Below are positions 30,070 through 39,897 of a stretch of DNA of 64,000 nucleotides, one piece after another. A program made the translations under genes and the position numbers. Within the stretch, counting starts at the first letter, position 1. Every line of letters starts with the position of its first letter. Origin of the DNA: an uncultured Chloroflexia bacterium (lineage in GTDB: Bacteria; Chloroflexota; Limnocylindria; Limnocylindrales; CSP1-4); assembly GCA_963734535.1 (NCBI GenBank), contig CAVTHS010000004.1, positions 96,001 through 160,000 on the forward strand, read 5' to 3'. The notes under the pieces were generated by a model. It made no database searches, was not told where the DNA came from, and worked only from the letters and a program-made list of their open reading frames with translations.

Positions 30070-31040
30070 GCCCTCCCGTTCGTGGGGAGGTGGGCGAGCG
30101 TGCGCTCCTCGTCGGGCGCGGCCCGCCGGCCGACCAGGTCCACGAAGACCTGCTCCAGCGATGGATCCGCGATCTCGAACAGGGTGACGTGCTCGCCGCG
30201 CTCGATCGCCGCGTGGAGGATGGTCTCCGGGTCGCGCGGCGGCACCACCTCGATCTCGCTGTAGTCACGCCCGGACCGGCCGACGCGGACGCCGTCGAGC
30301 TCCGCGAGCCACGGCATCTCCGGGTCCCCGGTCACCCCCAGCCGGACGACGCGCTTCCCGCTGGACCGCTTCACGTCGGCGGTCGGCCCGTTCGCGACCA
30401 GGCGGCCGGCATCGATGATCGCGACGGCATCGCACAGCTCCTCGACGGTCTCCATCTGGTGCGTGGAGAAGATCAGGGTCTTGCCACGCTCGCGCATCTC
30501 GAGGAAGGCGGCCTTGAGGAGCGCCACGTTGACCGGGTCCAGGCCGCTGAACGGCTCGTCCATGATCAGGACGTCGGGGTCGTGGAGGACCGCCGCGATG
30601 AACTGGATCTTCTGCTGGTTGCCCTTCGAGAGCTCCTCGGCTCGCCGATCCGCGTATTCCGGCACCCGGAACCGCGTCAGCCAGCCGCGAACGTCGGCCG
30701 CGGCCGTCTTCCGGGGGACGCCGTAGAGGCCGGCGAAGAAGACGAGCTGCTCGAGGACCTGCATCCGCGGGTACAGGCCGCGCTCCTCGGGCAGGTAGCC
30801 GAACGTCCGCCGCGGAAGGTCCGTCGAGGGCCTGCCCTGCCAGGTGACGGTGCCGGTGTCGGCGCGCAGGATGTCGAGGACGATGCGCATCGTCGTGGTC
30901 TTGCCCGCCCCGTTCGCGCCGAGGAAGCCGAAGACCTGGCCGGGCTCGACCGCGAAGCTGATCCCGTCGAGGGCCTGCGTCTCGCCGAAGCGCTTCCGGA
31001 GGTCGGTGATCTGGAGGCTCATGGCCGCGTGGTTCTCCAT
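30066..31040 (-). CDS. ABC transporter ATP-binding protein (YhaQ-like)
   Basis: GANGAGKTT, 'GYLPEERGLY', LSKGN, DEPFSGLD. Confidence 0.93.
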   Translation of the reverse strand: MENHAAMSLQITDLRKRFGETQALDGISFAVEPGQVFGFLGANGAGKTTTMRIVLDILRADTGTVTWQGRPSTDLPRRTFGYLPEERGLYPRMQVLEQLVFFAGLYGVPRKTAAADVRGWLTRFRVPEYADRRAEELSKGNQQKIQFIAAVLHDPDVLIMDEPFSGLDPVNVALLKAAFLEMRERGKTLIFSTHQMETVEELCDAVAIIDAGRLVANGPTADVKRSSGKRVVRLGVTGDPEMPWLAELDGVRVGRSGRDYSEIEVVPPRDPETILHAAIERGEHVTLFEIADPSLEQVFVDLVGRRAAPDEERTLAHLPTNGRA

Positions 31041-31272
31041 TCGGCGCGGCGACTCGGTGCTGCGACCGGCTCCGCTCGCGATTGCGTCCGGCGCCCAGCC
31101 TAGCGGCTGCGACGCGACGGGTCGTGGGCAAGCCGGCCCGTCGGACGGTCCACTTGGACCCTTTTCGAGGCGGGGTCGACGCCGAACGGATGATCGTGGC
31201 CGGCCCTTCCCGGAAGTGCCCGGATGGCCGGCCAGTCATCATCAGCTCCCTGAGCGCGTACGATCGTGGGCA

Positions 31273-33180
31273 ATGGATCCCGCGGACGCGCTCATCGAGA
31301 CGATCCGGCGCTCCGTCATCGGCGACGACGAGGCGGTGGCCGGACCCTTCGGCGTCCGTCGCGTCACCTACGCCGACTACACCGCGTCGGGCCGATCCCT
31401 CACGTTCATCGAGGACTACCTCCGCGACGCGGTCCTGCCGCTCTACGCGAACACCCACACCGAATCAAGCGGGACCGGCCTGCAGACGAGCCGCTTCCGG
31501 GGAGAGGCGCGCGAGCTGATCCGGCGGGCCGTGGGGGCAACCGACGAGCACGCCGTGATCTTCGTGGGCTCGGGCTCCACCGGCGCGATCAACCGGCTCG
31601 TGGATGTCCTGCAGATTCGCCTGCCAGCCGACCTCGACGAGCGCTACGGCCTGCGAGCGATGGTCCCGCCGGGGGAGCGCCCGGTCGTGCTCGTGGGGCC
31701 GTACGAGCACCATTCGAACGAGCTGCCCTGGCGCGAGTCACTCGTCGATGTCGTCGTGATCCACGAGGACCAGGACGGGCGGATCGACGCCGGGCACCTG
31801 GTCGCGGAGCTGGAGCGCCACGCGGACCGCCCGCTGAAGATCGGCTCGTTCTCTGCCGCGTCCAACGTCACCGGGATCCTGTCCGACGTTCGTGGCATCA
31901 GCGCGATCCTCCACGCGCACGGCGCGCTGGCATGCTGGGACTACGCGGCGGCCGCGCCGTACGTCGCGATCGACATGGCCGGGGACGGCCTCGACGCGAT
32001 CTTCGTCTCGCCGCACAAGTTCATCGGCGGGCCCGGCACCCCCGGGTTGCTCGTGGCCCGGAAGGCGCTGTTCCGGAACCGCGTCCCGTCCGTGCCGGGC
32101 GGCGGGACGGTCGCCTACGTCAACCCGTCCGAGCACCTCTACCTCGCCGACATCGAGCAGCGCGAGGAGGGCGGCACGCCGGCCATCGTCGAATCGATCC
32201 GGGCCGGCCTCGTCTTCGGGCTGAAGCAGGCGGTCGGCGTCGAGGCGATCCGTGCGCGCGAGGAGTCGTTCATCCACCGGGCCATCACCCGATGGTCGGC
32301 CAACCCGGACCTCGAGATCCTGGGCAACCCGCGCGCCGAGCGGCTCTCGATCGTCTCGTTCGTGGTGCGCCATCGGCGGGGCGACGAGCCAGCCCGCTAC
32401 CTTCACCACAACTACCTGGTCGCGCTGCTCAACGATCTCTTCGGGATCCAGGCGCGGGGCGGCTGCTCGTGTGCAGGTCCGTACGGCCACCGGCTGCTCG
32501 GGATCGACCTCGAGCACTCGCACGCGTTCGAGCGAGAGATCGCGCGCGGCTGCGAGGGGATCAAGCCCGGCTGGGTGCGGGTGAACTTCAACTACTTCAT
32601 CAGCGAGGCAGTCTTCGCGTACGTTCTCGACGCGGTCGACCTGGTGGCATCCGAAGGCTGGCGGCTCCTCCCCGCGTACCGATTCGACCCGGCGAGCGGC
32701 TTCTGGAGCCACCGCGGCGGGTCCGTCGAGCCACCGCTGTCGCTCGGCGCCATTCGGTATGACGACGGCGCGATGCGCTATGCCGCGCATCGGCACCGCG
32801 AGCCCGAGTCACGCCTGGCCGACTACCTCGCGGAGGCGCGGACGCTCCTGGCCGGCCTGCCGTCGGCGACGCCCGGCGGCGGCACGATGCTCGACGCAGA
32901 CTCGCTCGAGGTTGGGGCGGCCCTCGACGGCAACGTGGCGCCCGACAGCGGCGCGGCGGGCAACGGCGACACACTCGATGTCGGCGCCACGCTCGGTGGG
33001 GACGCGACGCTCGACGACGCCCTGGACGTCGGGGCCGACTTCGAGCACCTCCGCTGGTTCTGGCTTCCCTCCGAGGCAGCCGACGAGCTCGCCTGGTCGT
33101 CGCGACCGATGCGAGCGCTCGTCGACGTCGACGATCCGGGGCGCCTCGCAGGGCGCTCGACGCGCGCTGAGCTTCACTGA
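31273..33180 (+). CDS. Class V PLP-dependent aminotransferase / cysteine desulfurase-like protein
   Basis: 'YADYTASGR', 'EHHSN', 'SPHKF', 'RGGCSCAGPY', 'KPGWVR'. Confidence 0.9.
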   Translation: MDPADALIETIRRSVIGDDEAVAGPFGVRRVTYADYTASGRSLTFIEDYLRDAVLPLYANTHTESSGTGLQTSRFRGEARELIRRAVGATDEHAVIFVGSGSTGAINRLVDVLQIRLPADLDERYGLRAMVPPGERPVVLVGPYEHHSNELPWRESLVDVVVIHEDQDGRIDAGHLVAELERHADRPLKIGSFSAASNVTGILSDVRGISAILHAHGALACWDYAAAAPYVAIDMAGDGLDAIFVSPHKFIGGPGTPGLLVARKALFRNRVPSVPGGGTVAYVNPSEHLYLADIEQREEGGTPAIVESIRAGLVFGLKQAVGVEAIRAREESFIHRAITRWSANPDLEILGNPRAERLSIVSFVVRHRRGDEPARYLHHNYLVALLNDLFGIQARGGCSCAGPYGHRLLGIDLEHSHAFEREIARGCEGIKPGWVRVNFNYFISEAVFAYVLDAVDLVASEGWRLLPAYRFDPASGFWSHRGGSVEPPLSLGAIRYDDGAMRYAAHRHREPESRLADYLAEARTLLAGLPSATPGGGTMLDADSLEVGAALDGNVAPDSGAAGNGDTLDVGATLGGDATLDDALDVGADFEHLRWFWLPSEAADELAWSSRPMRALVDVDDPGRLAGRSTRAELH

Positions 33181-33517
33181 CGACGCGAACGTCGTCTCTC
33201 GTGGGGCCGGCTGGCCGTGCGACGACTCCGCCGAATCAACGGGAGCCGGAGCCCCGGCCGCGCGGTCGATCGAGGCCGCTGCGCCATGCACACGACGACG
33301 ATCGGCTGAGCCGATCAGATTCGGGAGCCAGGAGCGTGGGCGCGCACGAACCTCGGGTTTGCCTGCAACCGGCAGCGTGCCGCGGGCGTCTGATCGCGCC
33401 ATCCGATATCGGGCGCCCGGGCGGCGGGCCGTGTTCGGCTCGGTTTGGCGTGGGTTCGGCCCGGTCGGGCCGGGTAGGTGCGGGCTGCGGGCACATCCCG
33501 AAGTCCGGGTCGAGAAG

Positions 33518-33547
33518 AAGGGCCGCCGGCGCATGCCGACGGCCCTT
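33518..33547. terminator. Hairpin between convergent genes, probable terminator
   Basis: AAGGGCCGCCGGC-gcat-GCCGACGGCCCTT. Confidence 0.5.
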
Positions 33548-33591
33548 GGGTTGGCGGGACCCGGCGGCCCGCTCGGAGCGGCGATCAAGCG

Positions 33592-35355
33592 CTATTCGTG
33601 CGGGGGGCGGCCCCCCGCGAGCGCCGAGCCGAGGTCATTGACGGCCGCGTCGCGTGTCGAGACGGCCGGCAGCCCGTACCGCTTCTCGATCGTCCGGAGG
33701 ATCGAGGTGGTGTCGTAGACCGTGTGATCCACGCCCGAGCGGGTGAGGCTGCGGGCAACCAGGAGCGTCGGCACGCGGGAGCCAGGGCCGAACTGGTCGG
33801 ACTGGCCGGGCGCCGCACGTGTGCCGAGGCCCGGTGGCGAGACGTGGTCCCACTGCCCGCCGAACTCGTCATACGTCACGACGATGAGGGTATTGCCGGC
33901 CTGTGGGCCGGTCTCGACCGCGTTGATCAGGTCGACCAGGTGGTCGCTGCCGTTCGGCTCGCTCGTGTATCCGGGGTGCTCGTTGTCGATCCCGAGCGGC
34001 TTGACGAAGCTGACCGAGGGCAGCCGTCCAGCCTTCACGGCCGCGAGGAAGTCCTGCTCGTCCTGGAGGTGGCTGCGGCCGGGCTGGCCCGGTGCGTAGC
34101 GTGCGAAGTAGTTGAACGGCTGGTGGTGCGTCTGGAACGACTTGTCGGGGCAGAACGGGAAGCCGCCGGTCGCCGTGCCGACCGTGGCCGCGGGTGCCGA
34201 GTTCGGATCCGCGCAGGTCGGCCCGCTCCCGTTCGTCCAGCCACGCCCGGTCGTGATCCCCGCGGCGTTGTCCCAGCCACCCGAGTACCACGCCCAGCTC
34301 ACGCCGGCGTCGCTCAGCTCGTCGCCGATGGTCATGGCCTTGGTCGTGTCGTCGACCGGCGCCATCTGGGTGCCAAAGACACTGGTCGGCTGGTACGGAG
34401 GCTGGACGGTGTTGACGGCGTAGTTGCCGCAGGCAAAGCCCGTGACCGTCGTCGGGAGCCCGCACGCCTGCGTCAGGTTGCCGTCGACGACGCTCGTGGC
34501 GGGATGGTAGAGCGGGTAGGTGTTGTTCGGGAACCCGCTCGCGTCGAGGACCGCGTGCGTCCCGATTGTCGACGGGAGCGGCGCCGCGGCGATCAGGTAC
34601 TGGTGATTGAGGAACGACCCGCCGAACGCAGCCTGGAAGAAGTTGTCGGCGATGACGTACCTCGGCGCGCCTTTCTGGTGGAGGTAGGCGTAGATGGGCA
34701 GCTTCGTCGTGTCGTAGTAGCCCATCGTCATGGCGGCCGAGTCGCTGCCGGTCACGTACCGGTTCATCTGCCCGCCGTTGAGCTGGTACTGCTCCTGGTA
34801 GAAGCGGTGGACCAGGTCGCGCGTGCATCCGCCGGGATTGCCGGCCGCATCGCCCGCGAGGATCCCGAACGTGAAGCTGAAGAGGTGACCCCGGTCCGGG
34901 CAGGTGGCCGCCGTCGCGGGAATGAACCGGTCGATGTTGTACGGCGCGTTGCCGAAGTGATACGCCGTCGTCGGCTTGCCCGTCCCGAAGGAGAAGGTGG
35001 CGCTGCTACAGTCGGGCGACAGCGGGGGCGACATGAGGTTGACGTCGCTCATCAGCAGGCACTGGTAGGCGCTGCCGTCCTGGGCGACCTGCGTCGTGTG
35101 CGCCGCCGTCGCATCGGCCCGGCCGACCACGTGCTGGCCATTCACCGAACCCCAGTTCCCGTAGAGGTTGTCGAAGCTGTGGTTCTCCTCGTAGATGACC
35201 ACGATGTGCTTGAAGTGGTCCAGCGGGCCGCTCTTCGGGCCTTCCCTCGGGCCGTCCTTGGCGAGGGCAAGCGGTGCGGCCGGCGCGAAGCCCACCGCCA
35301 CGAGCGCCAGCGAGACGAGCACCGAACGCATGGAACGAGCAGGTCGACGTTGCAT
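33592..35355 (-). CDS. Secreted acid phosphatase / phosphoesterase (AcpA/PLC family)
   Basis: Signal peptide, 'HIVVIYEENHSFDNLYG', 'DLVHRFY', 'TYDE.GG.WDHV.PP', 'GPG.RVP'. Confidence 0.9.
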   Translation of the reverse strand: MQRRPARSMRSVLVSLALVAVGFAPAAPLALAKDGPREGPKSGPLDHFKHIVVIYEENHSFDNLYGNWGSVNGQHVVGRADATAAHTTQVAQDGSAYQCLLMSDVNLMSPPLSPDCSSATFSFGTGKPTTAYHFGNAPYNIDRFIPATAATCPDRGHLFSFTFGILAGDAAGNPGGCTRDLVHRFYQEQYQLNGGQMNRYVTGSDSAAMTMGYYDTTKLPIYAYLHQKGAPRYVIADNFFQAAFGGSFLNHQYLIAAAPLPSTIGTHAVLDASGFPNNTYPLYHPATSVVDGNLTQACGLPTTVTGFACGNYAVNTVQPPYQPTSVFGTQMAPVDDTTKAMTIGDELSDAGVSWAWYSGGWDNAAGITTGRGWTNGSGPTCADPNSAPAATVGTATGGFPFCPDKSFQTHHQPFNYFARYAPGQPGRSHLQDEQDFLAAVKAGRLPSVSFVKPLGIDNEHPGYTSEPNGSDHLVDLINAVETGPQAGNTLIVVTYDEFGGQWDHVSPPGLGTRAAPGQSDQFGPGSRVPTLLVARSLTRSGVDHTVYDTTSILRTIEKRYGLPAVSTRDAAVNDLGSALAGGRPPHE

Positions 35356-35493
35356 GGGTCCCCCCCTTGACGCTTCATCCAACGGCCGTCGTGGAAGATC
35401 GGAGGGTAGCCCGTGGCGCCGAGGCATGCAAGGCAGCGCGCCGAAGCAAGCTGACTCAGGCGGACTCCCGGTGGCCGCGTCGCAGCACCGGGA

Positions 35494-36624
35494 TCAGGCC
35501 CCGGTGGGAGCCGATGTCGATCGCCGGACCACGAGCTCCACGGGCAGGTCCAGCTCGTCCCGCGCGGGCTCGGCAGCGGGCGCCGCCGCCCGGCCCGCCT
35601 CCGCCGCGCTGGGCACGCCCGGGGCGTCGAGCAGCAGCCGCGCGGCCGCGTAGCCCTTGAGGCGAAGCGGCTGGTGCACGGTCGTGAGCGAAGGGCGGCT
35701 ATGGGACGCGGCGGCGATGTCGTCGAATCCAACCACGGAGAGCTGCTTCGGGACGTCGACCCGCAGCTCCCGCGCGGCAGCGAGGACACCGAGGGCAAGG
35801 CGGTCGCTCATCGCGAGGATCGCGGTCACCGGATCGGAGCCCTCGAGGAGGTGGCGCCCGGCCTGCTCTCCCAGGTCGGCGTTGCTGTGGCCGCATTCGT
35901 AGATCGGTACGTCGTCGGCGGAGAGGCCCGCCTCGCCGAGCGCCGCGAGGTAGCCCTCGAGACGGCGGGTCGAGACATCGAACGTGGATTCGGAGACCCG
36001 GCCGGCGATCCCGGGGCCCGTGTACCCGTCGGGCTTGAACGGCAGGGCGACGATGCCGAAGCGCCGATGCCCCAGCTGGACAAGGTATTGGGCCGCCATG
36101 CGGGCACCCGCCCGGTCGTCCACGCGGACCGTCGGGACCCCGGCCATCCTGGGCTCGTCGACGATGACGACGGGGGCGCCGCGGACCAGCAGCTGCGCGA
36201 GCACAGGGACGTCGCGCGGCAGCGAGTAGGCGATGAACCCGTCGACCGCGACGTCGATGATGTCCCTGGGGTCCCGCGCCCGGATTGCGCCGGGGATGAT
36301 GAGGAGCCCAAGGCGCCGCTCCTCGCACGCGTCGGCGATCCCGCGGATCAGCTCGTTCGTCGTCGGGTCGTCCAGCGCATACGGGAGTGACTCCGGCAGG
36401 ACCAGGCCCAGAGCCCCGGCCCGGCCTGTTCGGAGCATGCGGGCCACCGGGTCCGGCCCGGCGTATCCAGCCGCGCGCGCCGCCTCGAGCACCCGGTCGC
36501 GGAGGTCGGGCGAGAGCTGATCGGGCCGGCTGAACGCGTTGGAGATGGTCGTCTTGGAGACGCCCAGGGATTCGGCGAGGTCCCGCAGCGTCAGCCGGCG
36601 GCGACTCTTCGGTCCCTGGTTCAT
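35494..36624 (-). CDS. LacI-family transcriptional regulator
   Basis: HTH 'TLRDLAESLGVSKTTISNAF', 'SDRLALG', 'LSVVGFDD', 'LTTVHQP'. Confidence 0.93.
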   Translation of the reverse strand: MNQGPKSRRRLTLRDLAESLGVSKTTISNAFSRPDQLSPDLRDRVLEAARAAGYAGPDPVARMLRTGRAGALGLVLPESLPYALDDPTTNELIRGIADACEERRLGLLIIPGAIRARDPRDIIDVAVDGFIAYSLPRDVPVLAQLLVRGAPVVIVDEPRMAGVPTVRVDDRAGARMAAQYLVQLGHRRFGIVALPFKPDGYTGPGIAGRVSESTFDVSTRRLEGYLAALGEAGLSADDVPIYECGHSNADLGEQAGRHLLEGSDPVTAILAMSDRLALGVLAAARELRVDVPKQLSVVGFDDIAAASHSRPSLTTVHQPLRLKGYAAARLLLDAPGVPSAAEAGRAAAPAAEPARDELDLPVELVVRRSTSAPTGA

Positions 36625-36632
36625 GACACACA

Positions 36633-36687
36633 TCTTGACCGATCCAGACCCGTCGCGTACGATGGTCCTGTTCTTGACCGATCCAGA
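36633..36687. promoter_or_regulatory. Two identical LacI-type operators flanking a sigma70 promoter (TTGACC-17-TACGAT)
   Basis: TCTTGACCGATCCAGA (CG-centred pseudo-palindrome) at 36633-36648 and 36672-36687; -35 at 36635, -10 at 36658. Confidence 0.8.
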
Positions 36688-36723
36688 ACCCAACGCACGC
36701 GATCGGCCGGGACAGGAGACACG

Positions 36724-36972
36724 ATGGACACCCACACCCCAGCGACCGACGCCGACCCCCTGCGCGAGCGCATCAAGCTCGCCTGGAGCAACTACGAGTT
36801 CTGCAACGAGTGCGGCATGCCGATGGTCATCGAGACGCACGGATCGCGGCTGTGGATCGAGTGCAGGACGTTGCGATCCCTGAGCGGACTTCGGCTCTAC
36901 CTCTCGGCGTGCTTGCACGACCGCTTCGCGATCGAACCCTTCGAAGAGGCGGCCGAACAGGCAGCGGCCTGA
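36724..36972 (+). CDS. Small putative zinc-ribbon protein divergent from LacI
   Basis: AGGAG RBS; 'FCNECGMPM..LWIEC..CLH'. Confidence 0.7.
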   Translation: MDTHTPATDADPLRERIKLAWSNYEFCNECGMPMVIETHGSRLWIECRTLRSLSGLRLYLSACLHDRFAIEPFEEAAEQAAA

Positions 36973-37090
36973 TCCTGCTCACCCCGGCCCCGCCATGACT
37001 GGCAGTGCCGCCGCGATCTGGCGGGCCGCGCCGGCCCCGGTGGCAGGGCCGATCTCGAGCGGAGAGGCGCATGGTAGGATGACCGTCCGC

Positions 37091-37165
37091 GCCGACATAG
37101 CTCAGCGGTAGAGCAGCTGTTTCGTAAACAGCAGGTCCTCGGTTCAAATCCGAGTGTCGGCTCCA
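37091..37165 (+). tRNA. tRNA-Thr(CGT)
   Basis: Cloverleaf: acceptor GCCGACA/TGTCGGC, anticodon stem GCTGT-TTCGTAA-ACAGC, T-loop GGTTCAAATCC, encoded CCA. Confidence 0.97.
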
Positions 37166-37179
37166 GCGATCTGAAGGTG

Positions 37180-37210
37180 AAAGCCGGCCGTTTGGGGCCG
37201 GCTTCCTGTT
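37180..37210 (+). terminator. Intrinsic terminator-like hairpin after the tRNA
   Basis: AAGCCGGCC-gtttgg-GGCCGGCTT followed by cctgtt. Confidence 0.6.
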
Positions 37211-37440
37211 GCATCAGTTTGCATGGACCCCGACGGTGACCCTTGGGCGATCAGCCCGACGGATGTGCTCGACATCGGCGAGCCCGCCCACGCAGCGCTC
37301 GCGTCGCCGCCCCCTCGCGCGAGCGCACTGCGATCACGCAGCCGTCAGCTCCTTCGCCACCCCGGAGCTCATGACGGAGGTGGGCCTCCCGCCGGGCCAC
37401 CGACGCGTGGTGTCGCAGGTTCGAAGGGAGTCTGGTCCGG

Positions 37441-39024
37441 TCAGGACACCATCACGAGGATCCGGTGGTGCCCGCGTGCCCCGTCGGGGGCGGGATCGGA
37501 GCGCTGGTCCGTCTGGACGTCCCCGCTTCCGTCCGTGGCGCGGACCTCCAGGTTGTGCGCGCCGGGCGTGGCGGTCCAGGCCAGCGTCCACTGGACCCAG
37601 GTTGCCGTCGAGATCGGCCGGCTGATCCGGGCCGCCTGCCAGGACCCGTCGTCGATCTTCACCTCGACCGCGGTGATCCCGCGGTCGGGCGCCCAGGCGA
37701 CGCCCGCGATGGCAACCACGCCCGCCCGCACCGAGGCACCGTCGGCCGGCACGTCGATCCGTGACTGGGTCAGGATGGGCCCGTCCTTGGCCCAGCCGAG
37801 GGGCACCCAGTAGCCATCGACCGCCTCGCGGGTCGTGAGCTCGATCTCCGAGAGCCACTTGGTCGCCGAGACGTAGCCGTAGAGCCCGGGCACGATGAGG
37901 CGGGCCGGGAAGCCGTGGTTGGTCGGCAGCGGCTGGCGGTTCATGCCGACCGCGATCATCGGCTCCCGCCCGGGCGCCATCGCCCAGGCCGTCGGGAACC
38001 CCACCGTGAAGCCGTCGACCGAGCGCCCCACGATCTGGGTCGCGCCGGGAGCGACGCCTGCGCTCTCCAGCACGTCCTTGAGGCGCACCCCGGTCCACAG
38101 GGCGTTTCCCACCAGGTGGTCGCCGACCCGGTTGCTGACGCAGGCGATCGTGACGTACTGCTCGTAGAGGGGCATCGCGAGCAGCTCGTCGTAGGTGAAC
38201 GTGAGGGGATGCGCGACCATGCCTTTCACGTCCAGCTTCCAGGTGGCGGGGTCCACGCGCGGGACGAGCAGCGTCGTGTCGATCTTGTAGAAGTCGGCGT
38301 TCGGGATCACGAGCGGCGTGATGCCCGGGACCGCCAGCGCCTGGTCGGCCGCGAGCGGAGAAACCGCGAGGAACGGGGCCGGGATCTTCGAGGAGCTCAC
38401 GACCGCGTCGGCATGCTGCACGTCGATGAGCGACCGGCCCACCCCGCCCGCGACGATGACGCCACCGAGCGTGCCTGCGCTCGCGATCAGGAATCGGCGA
38501 CGGTTCCACTCGGGGCTCTCGAAGGCCGTGACCGGGTCGTCGGTGCCGCGCCGGGCGGCGGCGGCGCTCGCGAGCCCGAGCAGGCCCAGCAGCGTGACGA
38601 TGCCCGCGCTCACCGCGACGGCGGCATTGCCCACGGCGAGCGCCTGTGACGCGAGCGGGTCGCGGAGCGCGGCCGCGCCCGCGAGAAGCCCGACCGCCCC
38701 GAACGTGACCACCCCCAGCCAGCGCCGTCGCGCCGCGAGGATGCCGGCGAGGGCGGCGAGCACCAGCGCGACGACGACCACGGCGACGTTGAGGGCGACC
38801 TTGTCGTTGGTCCCGAACAGATTGACCACGAGGTCCTTGGCGCCGGGTGGCTGCAGGCTGATCACCAGCGACCCGATCGCCGCGACCAGGGAGGGCGCGC
38901 CCTGGACCAGGCCCGCGACAAGCTCGGACGCCGCGATCGCCACGCCCGCCGCGAGGGCCCCTGCGACGGCGCCGGGCCAGCGAAAGGAGAGGCGGCGCGC
39001 GTTCGGATTGCTCATGTCCGACAC
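37441..39024 (-). CDS. Membrane-anchored molybdopterin-dependent oxidoreductase (sulfite oxidase/MsrP family)
   Basis: N-terminal TM segments, 'RRRFL', 'FYKID', 'CVSN', 'HGFPARL.VPG.YG..KW'. Confidence 0.9.
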   Translation of the reverse strand: MSDMSNPNARRLSFRWPGAVAGALAAGVAIAASELVAGLVQGAPSLVAAIGSLVISLQPPGAKDLVVNLFGTNDKVALNVAVVVVALVLAALAGILAARRRWLGVVTFGAVGLLAGAAALRDPLASQALAVGNAAVAVSAGIVTLLGLLGLASAAAARRGTDDPVTAFESPEWNRRRFLIASAGTLGGVIVAGGVGRSLIDVQHADAVVSSSKIPAPFLAVSPLAADQALAVPGITPLVIPNADFYKIDTTLLVPRVDPATWKLDVKGMVAHPLTFTYDELLAMPLYEQYVTIACVSNRVGDHLVGNALWTGVRLKDVLESAGVAPGATQIVGRSVDGFTVGFPTAWAMAPGREPMIAVGMNRQPLPTNHGFPARLIVPGLYGYVSATKWLSEIELTTREAVDGYWVPLGWAKDGPILTQSRIDVPADGASVRAGVVAIAGVAWAPDRGITAVEVKIDDGSWQAARISRPISTATWVQWTLAWTATPGAHNLEVRATDGSGDVQTDQRSDPAPDGARGHHRILVMVS

Positions 39025-39038
39025 CGTATCCGCCGCGT

Positions 39039-39098
39039 GTTACCGGCCGATGACAGGACCTCGGGCTTCGTCGGGTGCGTCTGTCATCAGGCCGTCAT
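39039..39098. promoter_or_regulatory. Divergent direct-repeat boxes (GTCAT-N6-GTCAT/GTAAC)
   Basis: Plus strand GTCAT at 39083 and 39094; minus strand GTCAT (39050-54) with GTAAC (39039-43). Confidence 0.55.
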
Positions 39099-39152
39099 CT
39101 ACCGGCCGCAGCCTGTCGTGCACCCACACCTCAGCGACTGGAGAACGACAAC

Positions 39153-39686
39153 ATGGACTGGCATCCGACCTCACGACTTACTTCGCTTGCCGCCGCCGGG
39201 TTCGCCGTCGCCCTCGTTGCGGGAGCCTGTACGAGCGCCGGCGCAACCTCGTCGCCGAGCCCGGCGATGATCGAATCCAGCCCATCGCCGAGCGGGGCGA
39301 TGATGGAGGAGAGCCCATCGCCGAGCGGGGCGATGATGGAGGAGAGCCCATCGCCCGTCTCCATGGGGACGTTCCACGCCGTCGATGGCACGGCGACCGG
39401 GACCGCGGGCCTCTTCCACCGGCCCGACGGATCCTTCGTCGTAACCTTCGAGAGCTTCTCGATCGAGAGCGCGGCCAACATCAACGTCATCCTCGTCCCC
39501 AACAAGGACGTGAAAGCAGACGGCGACATCGACAAGGCGTCGATCGTCGACCTCGGGCCGCTCAAGGGGACGAGCGGGATGCAGGACTTCGCGGTCCCGG
39601 CTTCCGCCAACGCCATGACCTACCACGCCGTCGTGCTGTGGGACACGCAGATGGCCCACGCGATCGCCGCCGCGCCGCTGCAGTAG
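39153..39686 (+). CDS. DM13-domain lipoprotein with Met-rich repeat linker
   Basis: Lipobox 'AGAC', (SPSPSGAMMEE) repeats, 'GTF..G.A', 'DLGPLKG..G.Q', 'VVLW'. Confidence 0.8.
   Translation: MDWHPTSRLTSLAAAGFAVALVAGACTSAGATSSPSPAMIESSPSPSGAMMEESPSPSGAMMEESPSPVSMGTFHAVDGTATGTAGLFHRPDGSFVVTFESFSIESAANINVILVPNKDVKADGDIDKASIVDLGPLKGTSGMQDFAVPASANAMTYHAVVLWDTQMAHAIAAAPLQ
39279..39355 (+). repeat. 33-bp tandem repeat x2.3 encoding SPSPSGAMMEE
   Basis: agcccatcgccgagcggggcgatgatggaggag repeated. Confidence 0.9.
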
Positions 39687-39859
39687 GTCCCCGACGCTGA
39701 CCCCGGTCGCCTCGCGATCGTCAGACAGCTCGTGGAGTCGGCAGGCGGCCTCGTCGGCGCCGAGTCCGGCGAAGGCCTGACCGGTCCTGGATCAGCCTGC
39801 CCGGCTGAAATGACACCGCCCCGGAACGGCGCGTCCGGGCCCAGGAGCATCCGGCCGGC

Positions 39860-39875
39860 GTCATCAGGTCGTCAT
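39860..39875 (+). promoter_or_regulatory. GTCAT-N6-GTCAT box upstream of dipZ
   Basis: GTCATCAGGTCGTCAT, nearly identical to GTCATCAGGCCGTCAT before the DM13 gene. Confidence 0.6.
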
Positions 39876-39897
39876 TCGGCGCGCCGAAGATGTCCCC

